Notes under the pieces: generated by a model
The model's database searches: none
What the model was told of the DNA's origin: nothing
What the model saw: only the letters and a program-made list of their open reading frames with translations
DNA from: a virus
Length of the DNA stretch: 64,000 bases
Reading direction: 5' to 3' (one strand)
IMG/VR virus record: IMGVR_UViG_3300009151_000031
Shown here: piece by piece, positions 34,851-44,976 of the stretch
Layout: each line of letters opens with the position of its first letter
Position numbering within the stretch: the stretch's first letter is position 1
Translations under genes and position numbers: made by a program

Positions 34851-35894
34851 ATGACTGTATCTTTTGTGCGTATTAAATCTGGTGCTTATCGTACTACAGA
34901 TGTTTCCGGCCAAGTGTTTCAGCTAGTTGAGCAATATAAGTTCACAGCTAAAGGTGGCTATGTTACTGTTAAGAATGGTGGCCGGTTTCCTGGCATGCCA
35001 GTTGACATCCGTGTCAAAGTTGAAGGCATGAGCGATTACGATTTTGTAAGCGAAACTGAATTCGTTGAAGCAGGTAATACACCTGTTAAAGAAGCCGTTG
35101 CACTAGAAGTTGCGGCAGAATCTGATGAAGAAGTGATTGCACGTATTCGTCAGCGTTTTGAGATCTTGGATGAGATGACTACTGCCGCAACAAACGGCGA
35201 CATCCGTGCCATGATTGTAAGTGGCCCTCCTGGTGTTGGTAAATCATTTGGTGTTGAGCGTATTGTTGAGAAGGCTTGTTTGTTTGATCAAATCTCAGGT
35301 AAGCGTCTCCGTGCAGAAGTCATTAAAGGCTCAACAAGTGCCTTGGGTTTGTATTGCCAACTGTACAAATACAGTGATGCCAACAGTATGCTAGTGTTTG
35401 ATGACTGTGACTCAATTTTGCTTGATGACGTAAGTTTGAACTTGCTTAAAGGTGCCCTGGACTCAGGTAAGAAACGTAAGATTTCGTGGTTGTCAGATAG
35501 CCATATGTTGCGTCGTGAAGGCGTTCCAGATAGTTTTGAGTTTAAAGGAAGTGTGATTTTTATTACCAACCTTAAGTTTGATCAAATGAAATCGCAAAAG
35601 TTGCGTGATCACTTGGATGCACTACAAAGCCGTTGTCACTATTTGGATTTGACTTTAGACACAATGCGTGACAAGGTCCTGCGTATTAAACAGATTGCCA
35701 GTGACGGTGGTTTGTTTGACGAATATGACTTTGAACAATGTGAGCAAGATGAACTCATTGAGTTCTTGGAAACTAACAAGAACAAGTTCCGTGAAATGAG
35801 CCTGCGTATGGCAATCAAGATCGCGGATTTGAAGAAGAGCTTCCCACTCAAGTGGAAGGCTATGGCTCAAGTTACTTGCATGAAAACTGCATAA
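34851..35894 (+). CDS. AAA+ ATPase with N-terminal beta domain
   Basis: GPPGVGKS Walker A, LVFDDCD Walker B, FITN sensor, ALQSR finger; RBS AGGAG. Confidence 0.8.
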   Translation: MTVSFVRIKSGAYRTTDVSGQVFQLVEQYKFTAKGGYVTVKNGGRFPGMPVDIRVKVEGMSDYDFVSETEFVEAGNTPVKEAVALEVAAESDEEVIARIRQRFEILDEMTTAATNGDIRAMIVSGPPGVGKSFGVERIVEKACLFDQISGKRLRAEVIKGSTSALGLYCQLYKYSDANSMLVFDDCDSILLDDVSLNLLKGALDSGKKRKISWLSDSHMLRREGVPDSFEFKGSVIFITNLKFDQMKSQKLRDHLDALQSRCHYLDLTLDTMRDKVLRIKQIASDGGLFDEYDFEQCEQDELIEFLETNKNKFREMSLRMAIKIADLKKSFPLKWKAMAQVTCMKTA

Positions 35895-35898
35895 GTTT

Positions 35899-35988
35899 TA
35901 TAGCCGAAAGGCTATACTACCATAGCTCTCTTTAGCTCCTGAGTTATGGTTTTCGATCCCCGGGTTTAACTGCTCGGGGATTTTTTTA
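35899..35988 (+). terminator. Structured 3' UTR: GAAA hairpin, anti-SD loop hairpin, intrinsic terminator
   Basis: TATAGCC-GAAA-GGCTATA; CCATAGCTC/GAGTTATGG; ATCCCCGGG/CTCGGGGAT + T7. Confidence 0.8.
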
Positions 35989-36023
35989 TTTGCAATATCA
36001 TTGAATGTATGCTACAATAACAT

Positions 36024-37196
36024 ATGGCTCAATACACACATCAATACGTAGAAGACTACATCGAAATTATTGCTGGTTACAGAGAACCTAGTGGTAAAAG
36101 TAACTACAGTATCTTTACTGTGGGAGAAAGTCCACTTAGTCTGGCCAGGTACGATATGAAAGTTGTACCAAGTTTGGCTGAGCAAATAATAGCAGGCAAA
36201 GGATTCACAGACAAACAGGCCGCGTTGGCTGTGTCCTTGATTATTAAATACGAAAGACAGTTAACTAAATTATTGGTTGATATTACGCCAGTCAGGACAC
36301 CACAGTATAGAATTCCTTTGCGAACAATTGACAGAGAAAGTCGAGTATGGGTAGAAGGTGATATTATCAATTTGAAGTTTCCTTACGATACCAAGCTAAT
36401 TGATCTAGTAAGGACTGCCAGCAAGGAGAGCAAAGGTAACATACACTTTAACAGAGAACGACGTGTGCAAGAGTTATCCTTGACCGAATGGAACGTGAAC
36501 TGGGTATATACATTTGCTCAGGTTAACAATCTCACAATAGATCCTGGTCTAGAAGCAATAATGCAAACACTACTGGCGGCAGAAAATACTCCTTATGCAA
36601 TTGAACTGACATACAACAATGGTGTTTTATCCATTAGTAATGCCACAGACAGTTTAATAGAATATGTAAATAGTAATGTTGGGTTTGATGATTTACTCAA
36701 ACTTATTGATCATGCACCAATTCTTGGGTACACCGTAAACAGTACAATACGTGATACAGTTGTAGAGCAATGTGGGACACGTTTTTGGAGCCTGTGTGCT
36801 AACCGTGAACTCAAAGTTGATCCGCAAACAAGTCATGGCCTGGTTAAAGACCTTGCTGACTACGCAGAGAAAACTAATCGTTTTCCTATATACGTTTATG
36901 AAGCTGACTTGACTGATAGGTTGTTGAATGAATTTACAAAACACTTTCCTGACCAAGTTTTTAAATTAGGCAATCAAAAGACCATACCAGATGATCCAAC
37001 AATTAAAGTAATTTACACAAATAAAATTCCACGTACACCGCTTAACGGTCGTATTCCGTTATTGGTTAGTAGTGCAGGTATGTTACATGGTGGCGACAGG
37101 CAGATATGGATTCAAACAGCCGAAAAGATTGTGTACTTTGCCAAAGACGTGTATACTAAGAACTCTAAAGGACCCGAAGTTTGCAAGCTAGACTAA
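36024..37196 (+). CDS. Hypothetical protein (leaderless), upstream partner of helicase
   Basis: TTGCAA-17-TACAAT at 35990-36018, ATG 5 nt later; FPYD motif. Confidence 0.75.
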   Translation: MAQYTHQYVEDYIEIIAGYREPSGKSNYSIFTVGESPLSLARYDMKVVPSLAEQIIAGKGFTDKQAALAVSLIIKYERQLTKLLVDITPVRTPQYRIPLRTIDRESRVWVEGDIINLKFPYDTKLIDLVRTASKESKGNIHFNRERRVQELSLTEWNVNWVYTFAQVNNLTIDPGLEAIMQTLLAAENTPYAIELTYNNGVLSISNATDSLIEYVNSNVGFDDLLKLIDHAPILGYTVNSTIRDTVVEQCGTRFWSLCANRELKVDPQTSHGLVKDLADYAEKTNRFPIYVYEADLTDRLLNEFTKHFPDQVFKLGNQKTIPDDPTIKVIYTNKIPRTPLNGRIPLLVSSAGMLHGGDRQIWIQTAEKIVYFAKDVYTKNSKGPEVCKLD

Positions 37197-38641
37197 TAAT
37201 CAAAGATGAAGTGAATGTCAAGATTGAAGGATTAGATCTTGCCGACCGCACGGCGCTGGTAAAGAAATTCAAGTATGAAATCCCGGGAGCTCGTTATCAA
37301 CCAAGTGTGCGATTAGGCAGGTGGGACGGCAAAGTAGCCTTCTTCCAACTTGGCGGCAGTACATACATCAATTTGTTGCCAGATATTATTACTTATTTGG
37401 AAAGCCATAATTACGATATTGAGATTGATGACCAAAGAACTTACAGCACTAACTTTGCATTTGACCAAGTAGCCGAAGATAGCTTTGCAGATATTAGTTG
37501 GCCAAAAGGACATCCAGCCGCAGGTCAACCTATTATGCTTCGAGACTATCAGGTACAAATTCTAAATAACTTTTTAGCAAATCCACAAAGCATACAAGAA
37601 GTAGCTACAGGCGCAGGCAAGACTATTATGACTGCGGCCTTGAGTAAAAGTGTAGAGTCGTATGGTCGCAGTATTATTATTGTCCCAAACAAAAGTTTAG
37701 TAACACAAACAGAAGATGACTACAAGAACATGGGGCTAGACGTAGGTGTGTACTTTGGTGACCGTAAAGAGTTCGGCAAGACTCATACTATTTGTACATG
37801 GCAAAGTCTAAACATCCTGTTAAAGAATACACAAGCCGGCATCGGTGATGTTACTATTGGCGACTTTATTGAAGATGTTGTATTGGTCATGGTTGATGAA
37901 GTACACATGGCCAAAGCAGATGCGTTAAAGACTCTGCTTACCGGTGTATTTGCTCGGGTACCTATTCGCTGGGGATTAACAGGAACTATTCCCAAAGAAG
38001 ATTACGAGTTTGTTAGCCTGCGTTGTAGTTTAGGTGATGTCATTGGCAAACTAAGTGCTAGCGAACTTCAAGAAGCTGGACATTTGGCCAATTGTCACGT
38101 AAATATAGTACAGTTAATAGATCACGTAGAGTACAAAGAGTATCAAACAGAATTAAAGTATCTAACAGAAACACCGGAACGTTTAAAGTATATTTCAGAC
38201 CTAGTCACCAGCGTCAATGACACAGGCAATACACTAGTCCTAGTAGATCGTATTGCCACCGGTAAGTTACTTACAGAACAATTAGGCGATCGTGCTGTAT
38301 TTGTTAGTGGTAGTACCAAAGCCAAAGACAGGAAAGATGAATATGATGAAATTGCTACTAGTACTGGGAAAATTATTGTTGCTACTTATGGTGTTGCCGC
38401 TGTTGGGATTAATATTCCTCGCATTTTTAATCTTGTGCTTGTGGAACCGGGAAAATCCTTTGTCCGCGTTATCCAATCCATCGGGCGTGGTATTCGCAAA
38501 GCGGAGGACAAGGACTTCGTTCAAATCTGGGACATAACTAGTACCTGTAAGTTTGCCAAGCGACATTTGACCAAGCGCAAGCAGTTCTATAAAGAAGCAA
38601 ACTATCCCTTTACAATAGAAAAAGCAGAATGGCAAAATTAA
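37181..38641 (+). CDS. uvsW: SF2 helicase, UvsW-like
   Basis: LRDYQ, ATGAGKT, VDEVH, GLTGT, QSIGRGIR. Confidence 0.85.
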   Translation: MQARLIIKDEVNVKIEGLDLADRTALVKKFKYEIPGARYQPSVRLGRWDGKVAFFQLGGSTYINLLPDIITYLESHNYDIEIDDQRTYSTNFAFDQVAEDSFADISWPKGHPAAGQPIMLRDYQVQILNNFLANPQSIQEVATGAGKTIMTAALSKSVESYGRSIIIVPNKSLVTQTEDDYKNMGLDVGVYFGDRKEFGKTHTICTWQSLNILLKNTQAGIGDVTIGDFIEDVVLVMVDEVHMAKADALKTLLTGVFARVPIRWGLTGTIPKEDYEFVSLRCSLGDVIGKLSASELQEAGHLANCHVNIVQLIDHVEYKEYQTELKYLTETPERLKYISDLVTSVNDTGNTLVLVDRIATGKLLTEQLGDRAVFVSGSTKAKDRKDEYDEIATSTGKIIVATYGVAAVGINIPRIFNLVLVEPGKSFVRVIQSIGRGIRKAEDKDFVQIWDITSTCKFAKRHLTKRKQFYKEANYPFTIEKAEWQN

Positions 38642-39426
38642 TAGTATGTGGTTGTAGTTACTCTGCCCCCAGCCAACCCTTACCCGGCACATCCTACGGT
38701 GAAGTCCTTGCTAAACGATTAGGATGGGACGTGGAGATACTAGCACGTCAAGGATGCAGTAATGGTGGTATTCGTGTGCAAATAGATGAAGTGTTACGAC
38801 AACGTCCTGCCTTTGCAATCGTGGCACCTACGTTTTGGGACAGGATGGAAATACCTGCTGGTGCGGCACCTTATGATTGGTCGCAAAACACAGAACGTGG
38901 ATGGAACCCTAGCTTACAACAACACCTACAACGAGAAATGCTCAACGGATATGATCGATCTGTGGGCATTGATAATGTAAACTATGGCACAAATCCATAT
39001 CGTATGATATGCGAAACTATCTTTAGTCTAGCAGAGAATTACGATCATCCATATCGTAGTGGCCGGATTGACCGAGATACACAAGCGGCAGTTAAACATT
39101 ACATTAACCATATGTATGATAGTAATTGGAAGCGTCAACAAGATGAATGGATTGTGCGAGATGGTATTATGCAGTTGTTTTATTCAGGAATACCGTTTTT
39201 AGTTGTTGCAAACAACCTTTGGGATAGCGTTACCATACGAGATGCTATACCCAATGTAGTTGATGACAAATACTTGACTTTAAAGTATGAAGACACACCA
39301 GCCTATGCAACAAACAAGTGGCCGTTTGAAGGCAAACAAGACCCAGGATATCACGGTAGTCCTGCCAGTCAAGAGTATCTAGCTGATACCTATTATGATT
39401 TGATTAAAAATACCTGGAAACTATGA
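38629..39426 (+). CDS. SGNH/GDSL-like protein
   Basis: VCGCSYS, ILARQGCSN, DPGYH.SPASQ. Confidence 0.55.
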   Translation: MAKLIVCGCSYSAPSQPLPGTSYGEVLAKRLGWDVEILARQGCSNGGIRVQIDEVLRQRPAFAIVAPTFWDRMEIPAGAAPYDWSQNTERGWNPSLQQHLQREMLNGYDRSVGIDNVNYGTNPYRMICETIFSLAENYDHPYRSGRIDRDTQAAVKHYINHMYDSNWKRQQDEWIVRDGIMQLFYSGIPFLVVANNLWDSVTIRDAIPNVVDDKYLTLKYEDTPAYATNKWPFEGKQDPGYHGSPASQEYLADTYYDLIKNTWKL

Positions 39427-40358
39427 CCGACAATACAGTAACACAAAACATAGACGAATTCAATTGGTTCAAGAACAATGGTATATTCATGCCAATGATA
39501 AACGACACTGGTCGCAATGTGTTTTATAAGCAGGCCATTGAAGAAAACGTCCGCGGCAAGACAGTGGTAGACATAGGTACAGGTACCGGATTCTTAAGTG
39601 TACTGGCCGCAAAAGCTGGTGCAGAAAAAGTATATGCAATTGAAATGGATCCCGGACGTGCCAAATATGCCAAGGAAATGATTCGTACAGTTGGATTAGA
39701 TAATATCATTGAAGTTGTCAATGATAATTTTTATAATACACAAATACCCGCAGACATTTATGTCAGTGAAACAATAGGTACACCAATCTTTAACGAACAT
39801 ATTATACCTATTGCTGAACATGCTCGCCAGTTTGGCGGAATGTTTATTCCGGGCAAGTTTGAAATATGGGCTACAGCATTTGCTGACCATCCAATCTTTC
39901 CCATTGTAGAAGTAGAGTCTAATGCATTTGAGTTTCAACCCGATATTGCCATTGATGCAGTATTTGAAAATAAAATCAACGAAGCATTCCAAAAACAACA
40001 TCCACTAGACACTACACTATATCGCGCCAATCATATAGAGAAGTTCTTCACAATGCTACCTAGGTTCAAGGATCTTAAACTAACAGAATTGTACAAGACC
40101 GAGCCTATAACCGTCGATTTAAACAGCCCCGTGGACGTCAATAACATACGTCTGACTATTCCCAGTTCAGTTACACATCTGTCAGGTATGTGTGTAGTTA
40201 TATTCTGGCGTGCCATTGCAGGCAACGTTGTTATGAATGTAACAGACACCTGGTGGGGTAATCCTAGCAAGATGATATTGACCCGCACCCGTAAACCCAA
40301 CACAGATATCACCATGTGGTATGATCCTACCATCCGAGATTGGAGATTTGCATTTTGA
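39423..40358 (+). CDS. PRMT-like SAM-dependent protein methyltransferase
   Basis: MINDTGRNVFYKQAI, VVDIGTGTGFLSVLAAKAGAEKVYAIE, double-E loop SETIGTPIFNE. Confidence 0.75.
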   Translation: MTDNTVTQNIDEFNWFKNNGIFMPMINDTGRNVFYKQAIEENVRGKTVVDIGTGTGFLSVLAAKAGAEKVYAIEMDPGRAKYAKEMIRTVGLDNIIEVVNDNFYNTQIPADIYVSETIGTPIFNEHIIPIAEHARQFGGMFIPGKFEIWATAFADHPIFPIVEVESNAFEFQPDIAIDAVFENKINEAFQKQHPLDTTLYRANHIEKFFTMLPRFKDLKLTELYKTEPITVDLNSPVDVNNIRLTIPSSVTHLSGMCVVIFWRAIAGNVVMNVTDTWWGNPSKMILTRTRKPNTDITMWYDPTIRDWRFAF

Positions 40359-40894
40359 GAGCAGTTGCACTTGTGGCCCACCCCGACGATTGTGTTATTT
40401 TTGCCTGGCCCTTTATAGAAGCTCACCCAGAGTTCAGCTGGCACATAGTCTATATGACATACATAGACTGGGAGCCTAGAGCAAAAGAGATGAGAGCCTA
40501 TTGGTCAAAGCGCAATGTACCAACAACATTCTTGGGTTACACTGACGATTGGCAATACGTAAAGAATGGTGAATTGGGATTCAACGGAGATAATGCTATT
40601 AGAGAACTTGCCAGTATTTCTGGCCAATTTGATTTGATATTGACGCACTACCAGGACGGCGACTACGGCCACGTACATCATAAACTTGTTAATACAGCGG
40701 CTCAACAAAATGGTAAACCAAAGGTTTACTTTGCTAGTACTTTCAACTATAATACAGAATGTATAGTGCAAGAGCCAGTTGCAGTAGACGAGCTTCCGTT
40801 ACACAAAAGCGTGATAGAAGAATTTACAGATCGAAATACCGGAAGGTATATCGTGACGCCGGAAGCGGAACTATTAATAAAGAATAATAAATGA
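40355..40894 (+). CDS. PIG-L/LmbE-family N-deacetylase
   Basis: VAHPDD and THYQDGDYGHVHH; TTG start after GGAGA. Confidence 0.8.
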   Translation: MRAVALVAHPDDCVIFAWPFIEAHPEFSWHIVYMTYIDWEPRAKEMRAYWSKRNVPTTFLGYTDDWQYVKNGELGFNGDNAIRELASISGQFDLILTHYQDGDYGHVHHKLVNTAAQQNGKPKVYFASTFNYNTECIVQEPVAVDELPLHKSVIEEFTDRNTGRYIVTPEAELLIKNNK

Positions 40895-41391
40895 GAATTT
40901 TAACACTAGATAACACAGCATACCCAATGGATCAAATCCCAGATGAGATAGACGAGGTACGTTTCTGTGTATTAGATAACAGTGATCCCAAAGAACCTGA
41001 TTATTTTTATATTCCATTAATATTTTTAGAGTCATTTAATAGTCCAGCATTGGTGTTACGTATTGGACCGTATACTGTACGCATGCCAGTAGATTGGCAA
41101 CTGTTAATAGGCGAACCTGACTTTGGCGATCTAGAAGTTGTCCCACTAACAAGCATCAATGATCGTGGCTTTAATGTATTTTGTTTTAATCCACTAACTA
41201 GTTTTAGACCCGAGTTCTATCCAGTGGAAATTATAGATATATATCAAGACGTTAAATGGTATTTTCCAAAACTTAAACCTGGTCAACTGTTGGCCATCCC
41301 GTTAACAGAAGGTGAAAAACCCATGTGTGCATATTTTATCAAAGACATCAGCCGCCAGAGCGAGGTCATAAATTACGGTAAGGTATGGTAA
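40891..41391 (+). CDS. Hypothetical protein
   Basis: ATGA overlap, 166 aa. Confidence 0.75.
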   Translation: MRILTLDNTAYPMDQIPDEIDEVRFCVLDNSDPKEPDYFYIPLIFLESFNSPALVLRIGPYTVRMPVDWQLLIGEPDFGDLEVVPLTSINDRGFNVFCFNPLTSFRPEFYPVEIIDIYQDVKWYFPKLKPGQLLAIPLTEGEKPMCAYFIKDISRQSEVINYGKVW

Positions 41392-41688
41392 ATGTACACA
41401 GGCCCATACAAAGCTAATCAAATAAACGAATATGTTGTGTACGAAAGCCCAGATGGTGGACGCACAGTATATAAACGTAAAAGCGGACAAGTTGAAAGAG
41501 TATTACACAGCATTGATCCAGCATTAGAAGCAGAGATATTGCGTGAAAGAGAACGCAACGAATGGATGGACATATTTAACACAGCCGAGCGTGTGCCTGC
41601 TTTACAAGAAGCCATGGACCGTGTTAAAATATTATACGAGTTAAGCAAAGATTCTAAAACACTTCCACCAGATTGGCACCCAGTATGA
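41392..41688 (+). CDS. Hypothetical protein
   Basis: YESPDGG.TVY.R motif, operon continuity. Confidence 0.7.
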   Translation: MYTGPYKANQINEYVVYESPDGGRTVYKRKSGQVERVLHSIDPALEAEILRERERNEWMDIFNTAERVPALQEAMDRVKILYELSKDSKTLPPDWHPV

Positions 41689-42173
41689 CAGTAGCAAAAG
41701 CAAAAAAAGCACCAGCACTTGATATTAAAAAAGAAATGGCGGCCTTTGATCGCAAGGATCGAGATTTCTATGACAACTTAACTGATGAAGAACGCAAGGC
41801 CTTCAGTGGGTTTATGATGATTCGTTGGGGTGCCACAGTACAAGGTAGTGGAGACCTGCAAGCATACTATGTAATGAGTGTTAACGAAAAGTTAAACAAG
41901 AACTTCTTTGACATCAGTCCCAAGGAACATGAAAAACTGCATTGGTTAATGGCCACAACAGTAAGTCCCGGTATGGGCACACACTATCATCCGTGGCTAG
42001 GTCTTCCAAAGAAAACAACAGACAATAAAAATGTTAAGTTTTTGCGTGAACTACACCCGCATTTTAAAGACGATGATCTTAAACTGATGTCTGAGCTAAA
42101 CAGCAAAGACGAACTCAAAGCGTATGCTCGAGATATGGGGTGGGCAGATAAGGATATCAAGAAAGAGTTATGA
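41685..42173 (+). CDS. Possible clamp-loader small subunit (gp62-like)
   Basis: FSGFMMIRW, VNEKLN, HEKLHWL..TV, HPWL, LMSELNSKDELK pattern and replication context. Confidence 0.45.
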   Translation: MTVAKAKKAPALDIKKEMAAFDRKDRDFYDNLTDEERKAFSGFMMIRWGATVQGSGDLQAYYVMSVNEKLNKNFFDISPKEHEKLHWLMATTVSPGMGTHYHPWLGLPKKTTDNKNVKFLRELHPHFKDDDLKLMSELNSKDELKAYARDMGWADKDIKKEL

Positions 42174-42823
42174 ACGTACTGGTAAATGGCTGTAGTTTCA
42201 TGGATAGCTATTTTTACACTAGACACTTTGATCAATTGCTAGGTGCCCGGACTGTAAACCTAGCCCGGCCTGGCAGTAGTAATCGCCGCATTATAAGAAC
42301 CACAGTAGAATATATAGAACGCAATCCTGTAGACCTTGTTGTACTAGGATTGACTTTCTACGATCGTCAAGAAAGTCCGTTAAAACCACAGCATGCCAAC
42401 CCCTGGGTCAGTTACAATAGTCAAGGTATGCAGGCGCAGTTTGCATCTGCGGAAGACTTTGATAGTTCAACGGAACATAAAATGGTAGACGATTATGTAA
42501 AATCACGTTACCGGTTTGATATCAATCAACACTATATGGAACAACTGTATCTTGACCTAAAGTTATTGGCCTCGTACCTTAGAGAACGATCCATTGAGTT
42601 TTGTATTTTTAACACCTGTGATAGACATCACCAAAATGTCAAGTTAGGACCGGGGTTTGTACCATTTACCTTTATTGGCAATGAGTATTTAGAACAAAAT
42701 GGATCTGTATGCATGGAGCAGGATCGGAATTTGCCCCTTAATGCTAGACATCATTACGGAGAAGATGTTATAATGTTAGTTCAGTATCTTGTAAAGTTTA
42801 TCAATGACAACCGAACCGTATAA
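42170..42823 (+). CDS. SGNH/GDSL-like protein
   Basis: LVNGCSFM, NLARPGSSN, C-terminal HHYGE. Confidence 0.55.
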   Translation: MNVLVNGCSFMDSYFYTRHFDQLLGARTVNLARPGSSNRRIIRTTVEYIERNPVDLVVLGLTFYDRQESPLKPQHANPWVSYNSQGMQAQFASAEDFDSSTEHKMVDDYVKSRYRFDINQHYMEQLYLDLKLLASYLRERSIEFCIFNTCDRHHQNVKLGPGFVPFTFIGNEYLEQNGSVCMEQDRNLPLNARHHYGEDVIMLVQYLVKFINDNRTV

Positions 42824-43496
42824 GTGTCGCTATTGCGAAAAGGCATTTGTCAAGGAATCAACCTTGGCGGTGCATCTTTGCGAGCCCAAACGTCGGTGGC
42901 AACAAGAAAAAGAAGTGGGTGTGCAATTAGGACTCAAAGCCTATTTGCGATTTTACGAAGTAACACAGGGTAGCGCCAGGCTAAAGTCATATGCAGATTT
43001 TGTTAGCAGTCCTTATTATAATGCTTTCGTCAAACATGGAAGATACTGTCAATCGATACGCTGTATTAACTTTGCTAATTTTCTTGATTGGCTATTACGC
43101 AATAATAAAAAAATAGATAACTGGTGTAGTGACAAATTATACGAAGAGTGGATGCATGACTATCTACGTCGAGAGGCAGTACAAGACGCTCTTGAAAGAG
43201 CATTAAAGGAAATGCAAACGTATGCAGATGACCATCCTGACCTTAAAAACGGTTTTAGCGATTATTTTCGTTATGGTAACAGCAACCGTGTGGTACATCA
43301 TATTGTTACCGGCCGTATTAGTCCTTGGATTGTTTACAACTGTGCTTCGGGTGTTGACTTTCTTGGTAACTTATCAGAAGAGCAAGTAGCAATGGTAATG
43401 CCCTGGATCGATCCCGACCACTGGCAACGTAAATTTACAGATTATCTTGCTGATACAGAATGGGTCAAGGATATCTTGAACAAGGCAGACCTATGA
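42804..43496 (+). CDS. Zn-finger protein in replication module
   Basis: CRYC-x12-HLC N-terminal finger. Confidence 0.6.
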   Translation: MTTEPYKCRYCEKAFVKESTLAVHLCEPKRRWQQEKEVGVQLGLKAYLRFYEVTQGSARLKSYADFVSSPYYNAFVKHGRYCQSIRCINFANFLDWLLRNNKKIDNWCSDKLYEEWMHDYLRREAVQDALERALKEMQTYADDHPDLKNGFSDYFRYGNSNRVVHHIVTGRISPWIVYNCASGVDFLGNLSEEQVAMVMPWIDPDHWQRKFTDYLADTEWVKDILNKADL

Positions 43497-44101
43497 AATT
43501 TCGGTCAGACATTGATATTGATTTTGGTGATCGTACACGAGCACTAGACTTGCTTAAACATACTCCTGCTAGTATCAATCGTGATGGCAATTGGGTTAAT
43601 CATAATACTGGTGTATATGTAACAGACATTCCGACGGACCCATTTACAGGGCGTGCCAGCTTAGATTATGAAGCCGCAGAAGCTCGTGGCTACATGAAGT
43701 TGGACATGCTAAATGTTAGTTTATACAATCAGGTAAAGAGTGAACAGCATCTACAGGAGTTGATAGCACAAGAACCCGAGTGGGAACGACTGTATGACCC
43801 AGAGTTTTGCAGTAAACTAATACACATCGGTAACCACTATGACACCTTGATTAAAATGCCCGAAGCTGTGAACACTATACCACGAATGTCCATGTTACTG
43901 GCCATAATACGTCCAGCAAAAAGACATTTGATTGGTAAATCTTGGAAGGATGTTGCCGCTGATGTGTGGACTAAGCCCACAGATGATGGATACTTCTTTA
44001 AAAAGTCGCATAGCCTGGCCTATGCACATCTAGTTGTTGTAAATATGAACTTATTGAGTAATAGCGATATTACGTTTAGACAACTTTGCGGACAAGCGTA
44101 A
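43493..44101 (+). CDS. Miniature DnaE (Pol III alpha, C-family)-like protein, 202 aa
   Basis: SDIDIDF, HNTGVYV, GYMKLDMLN, YFFKKSHSLAYA. Confidence 0.75.
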   Translation: MKFRSDIDIDFGDRTRALDLLKHTPASINRDGNWVNHNTGVYVTDIPTDPFTGRASLDYEAAEARGYMKLDMLNVSLYNQVKSEQHLQELIAQEPEWERLYDPEFCSKLIHIGNHYDTLIKMPEAVNTIPRMSMLLAIIRPAKRHLIGKSWKDVAADVWTKPTDDGYFFKKSHSLAYAHLVVVNMNLLSNSDITFRQLCGQA

Positions 44102-44501
44102 TACTTTTGCGCTTTGATCTTTTGCTGGCCATCTCTTTAAGGCTAACATAAGGTCCCATCTTGATTTCTACGTCCTTGCTGTTCATTGTACGTAGACAGG
44201 TCTTAAAGATAGCCCAATCCTGCTTTAGAAACACGTTAATGGGCATCAATCTGTTACTTTCCCACCACCATGTTTCGCCAAGACTCAGGAACACCTTCTT
44301 GATTTCTGCATTTTTTAATGTGCCAAAATCATAAAGTGTAGTTATAATTTCGTCAAAGTTCTGTATGATGCCTATATAATCATTACCGCCATATGTTATA
44401 TGTGAAAGGTAAGGGTATTGGGCGAGTAGTTGCTTGTAGTGATCTTCCACGTTGTCCGATAAATAGTTATTAAAGACGAACCAATTAATGATTACTGTCA
44501 A
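44076..44501 (-). CDS. Hypothetical protein (start uncertain)
   Basis: Only long ORF in gap; ends KRSKRKSITLVRKV. Confidence 0.65.
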   Translation of the reverse strand: MTVIINWFVFNNYLSDNVEDHYKQLLAQYPYLSHITYGGNDYIGIIQNFDEIITTLYDFGTLKNAEIKKVFLSLGETWWWESNRLMPINVFLKQDWAIFKTCLRTMNSKDVEIKMGPYVSLKEMASKRSKRKSITLVRKVV

Positions 44502-44976
44502 AACATATTTATACCCAAATACAGCCGAGGTTCAGGTTTTTGATCCTACGATATTTACAACAAGGAATCGCCAAGTGTACTCACGCCCTATCAAAGTCTA
44601 TCAAGGTATAGACAATCCCATCCAAGTCTTGGTTAAGAATCAAGATCAAAAGAATGTTAACCTGACAGGATATACTGTGCAGGCCAGCATACAAGATCCC
44701 ACTAACAAAACAACCATCGAAACTTATGCTGTTACTTTTGCCAATATTGCTGTTGGGCAAGGCACGTTTACTCTGGATAAAGGTACTATTAACACCTTGG
44801 AAAATCGTTTTTACAAACTGACATTTAAAACAATCAAATCAAGCGACAACACAGAACAACCGGTTTATATCGACGACAATTATGGTGTTCCACTGGATTT
44901 AGAAGTGTTGCCAGCTTATTATGCAGACTCTGCCAGCGATACCAGTGAAGTTATATTTGATGGTGGAGTAATTTAA
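44488..44976 (+). CDS. BppU-N-like virion/baseplate protein
   Basis: YQGIDNPIQV.VKNQDQK.VNLTGYTV; ATAAATA at 44459-44465. Confidence 0.55.
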   Translation: MITVKTYLYPNTAEVQVFDPTIFTTRNRQVYSRPIKVYQGIDNPIQVLVKNQDQKNVNLTGYTVQASIQDPTNKTTIETYAVTFANIAVGQGTFTLDKGTINTLENRFYKLTFKTIKSSDNTEQPVYIDDNYGVPLDLEVLPAYYADSASDTSEVIFDGGVI

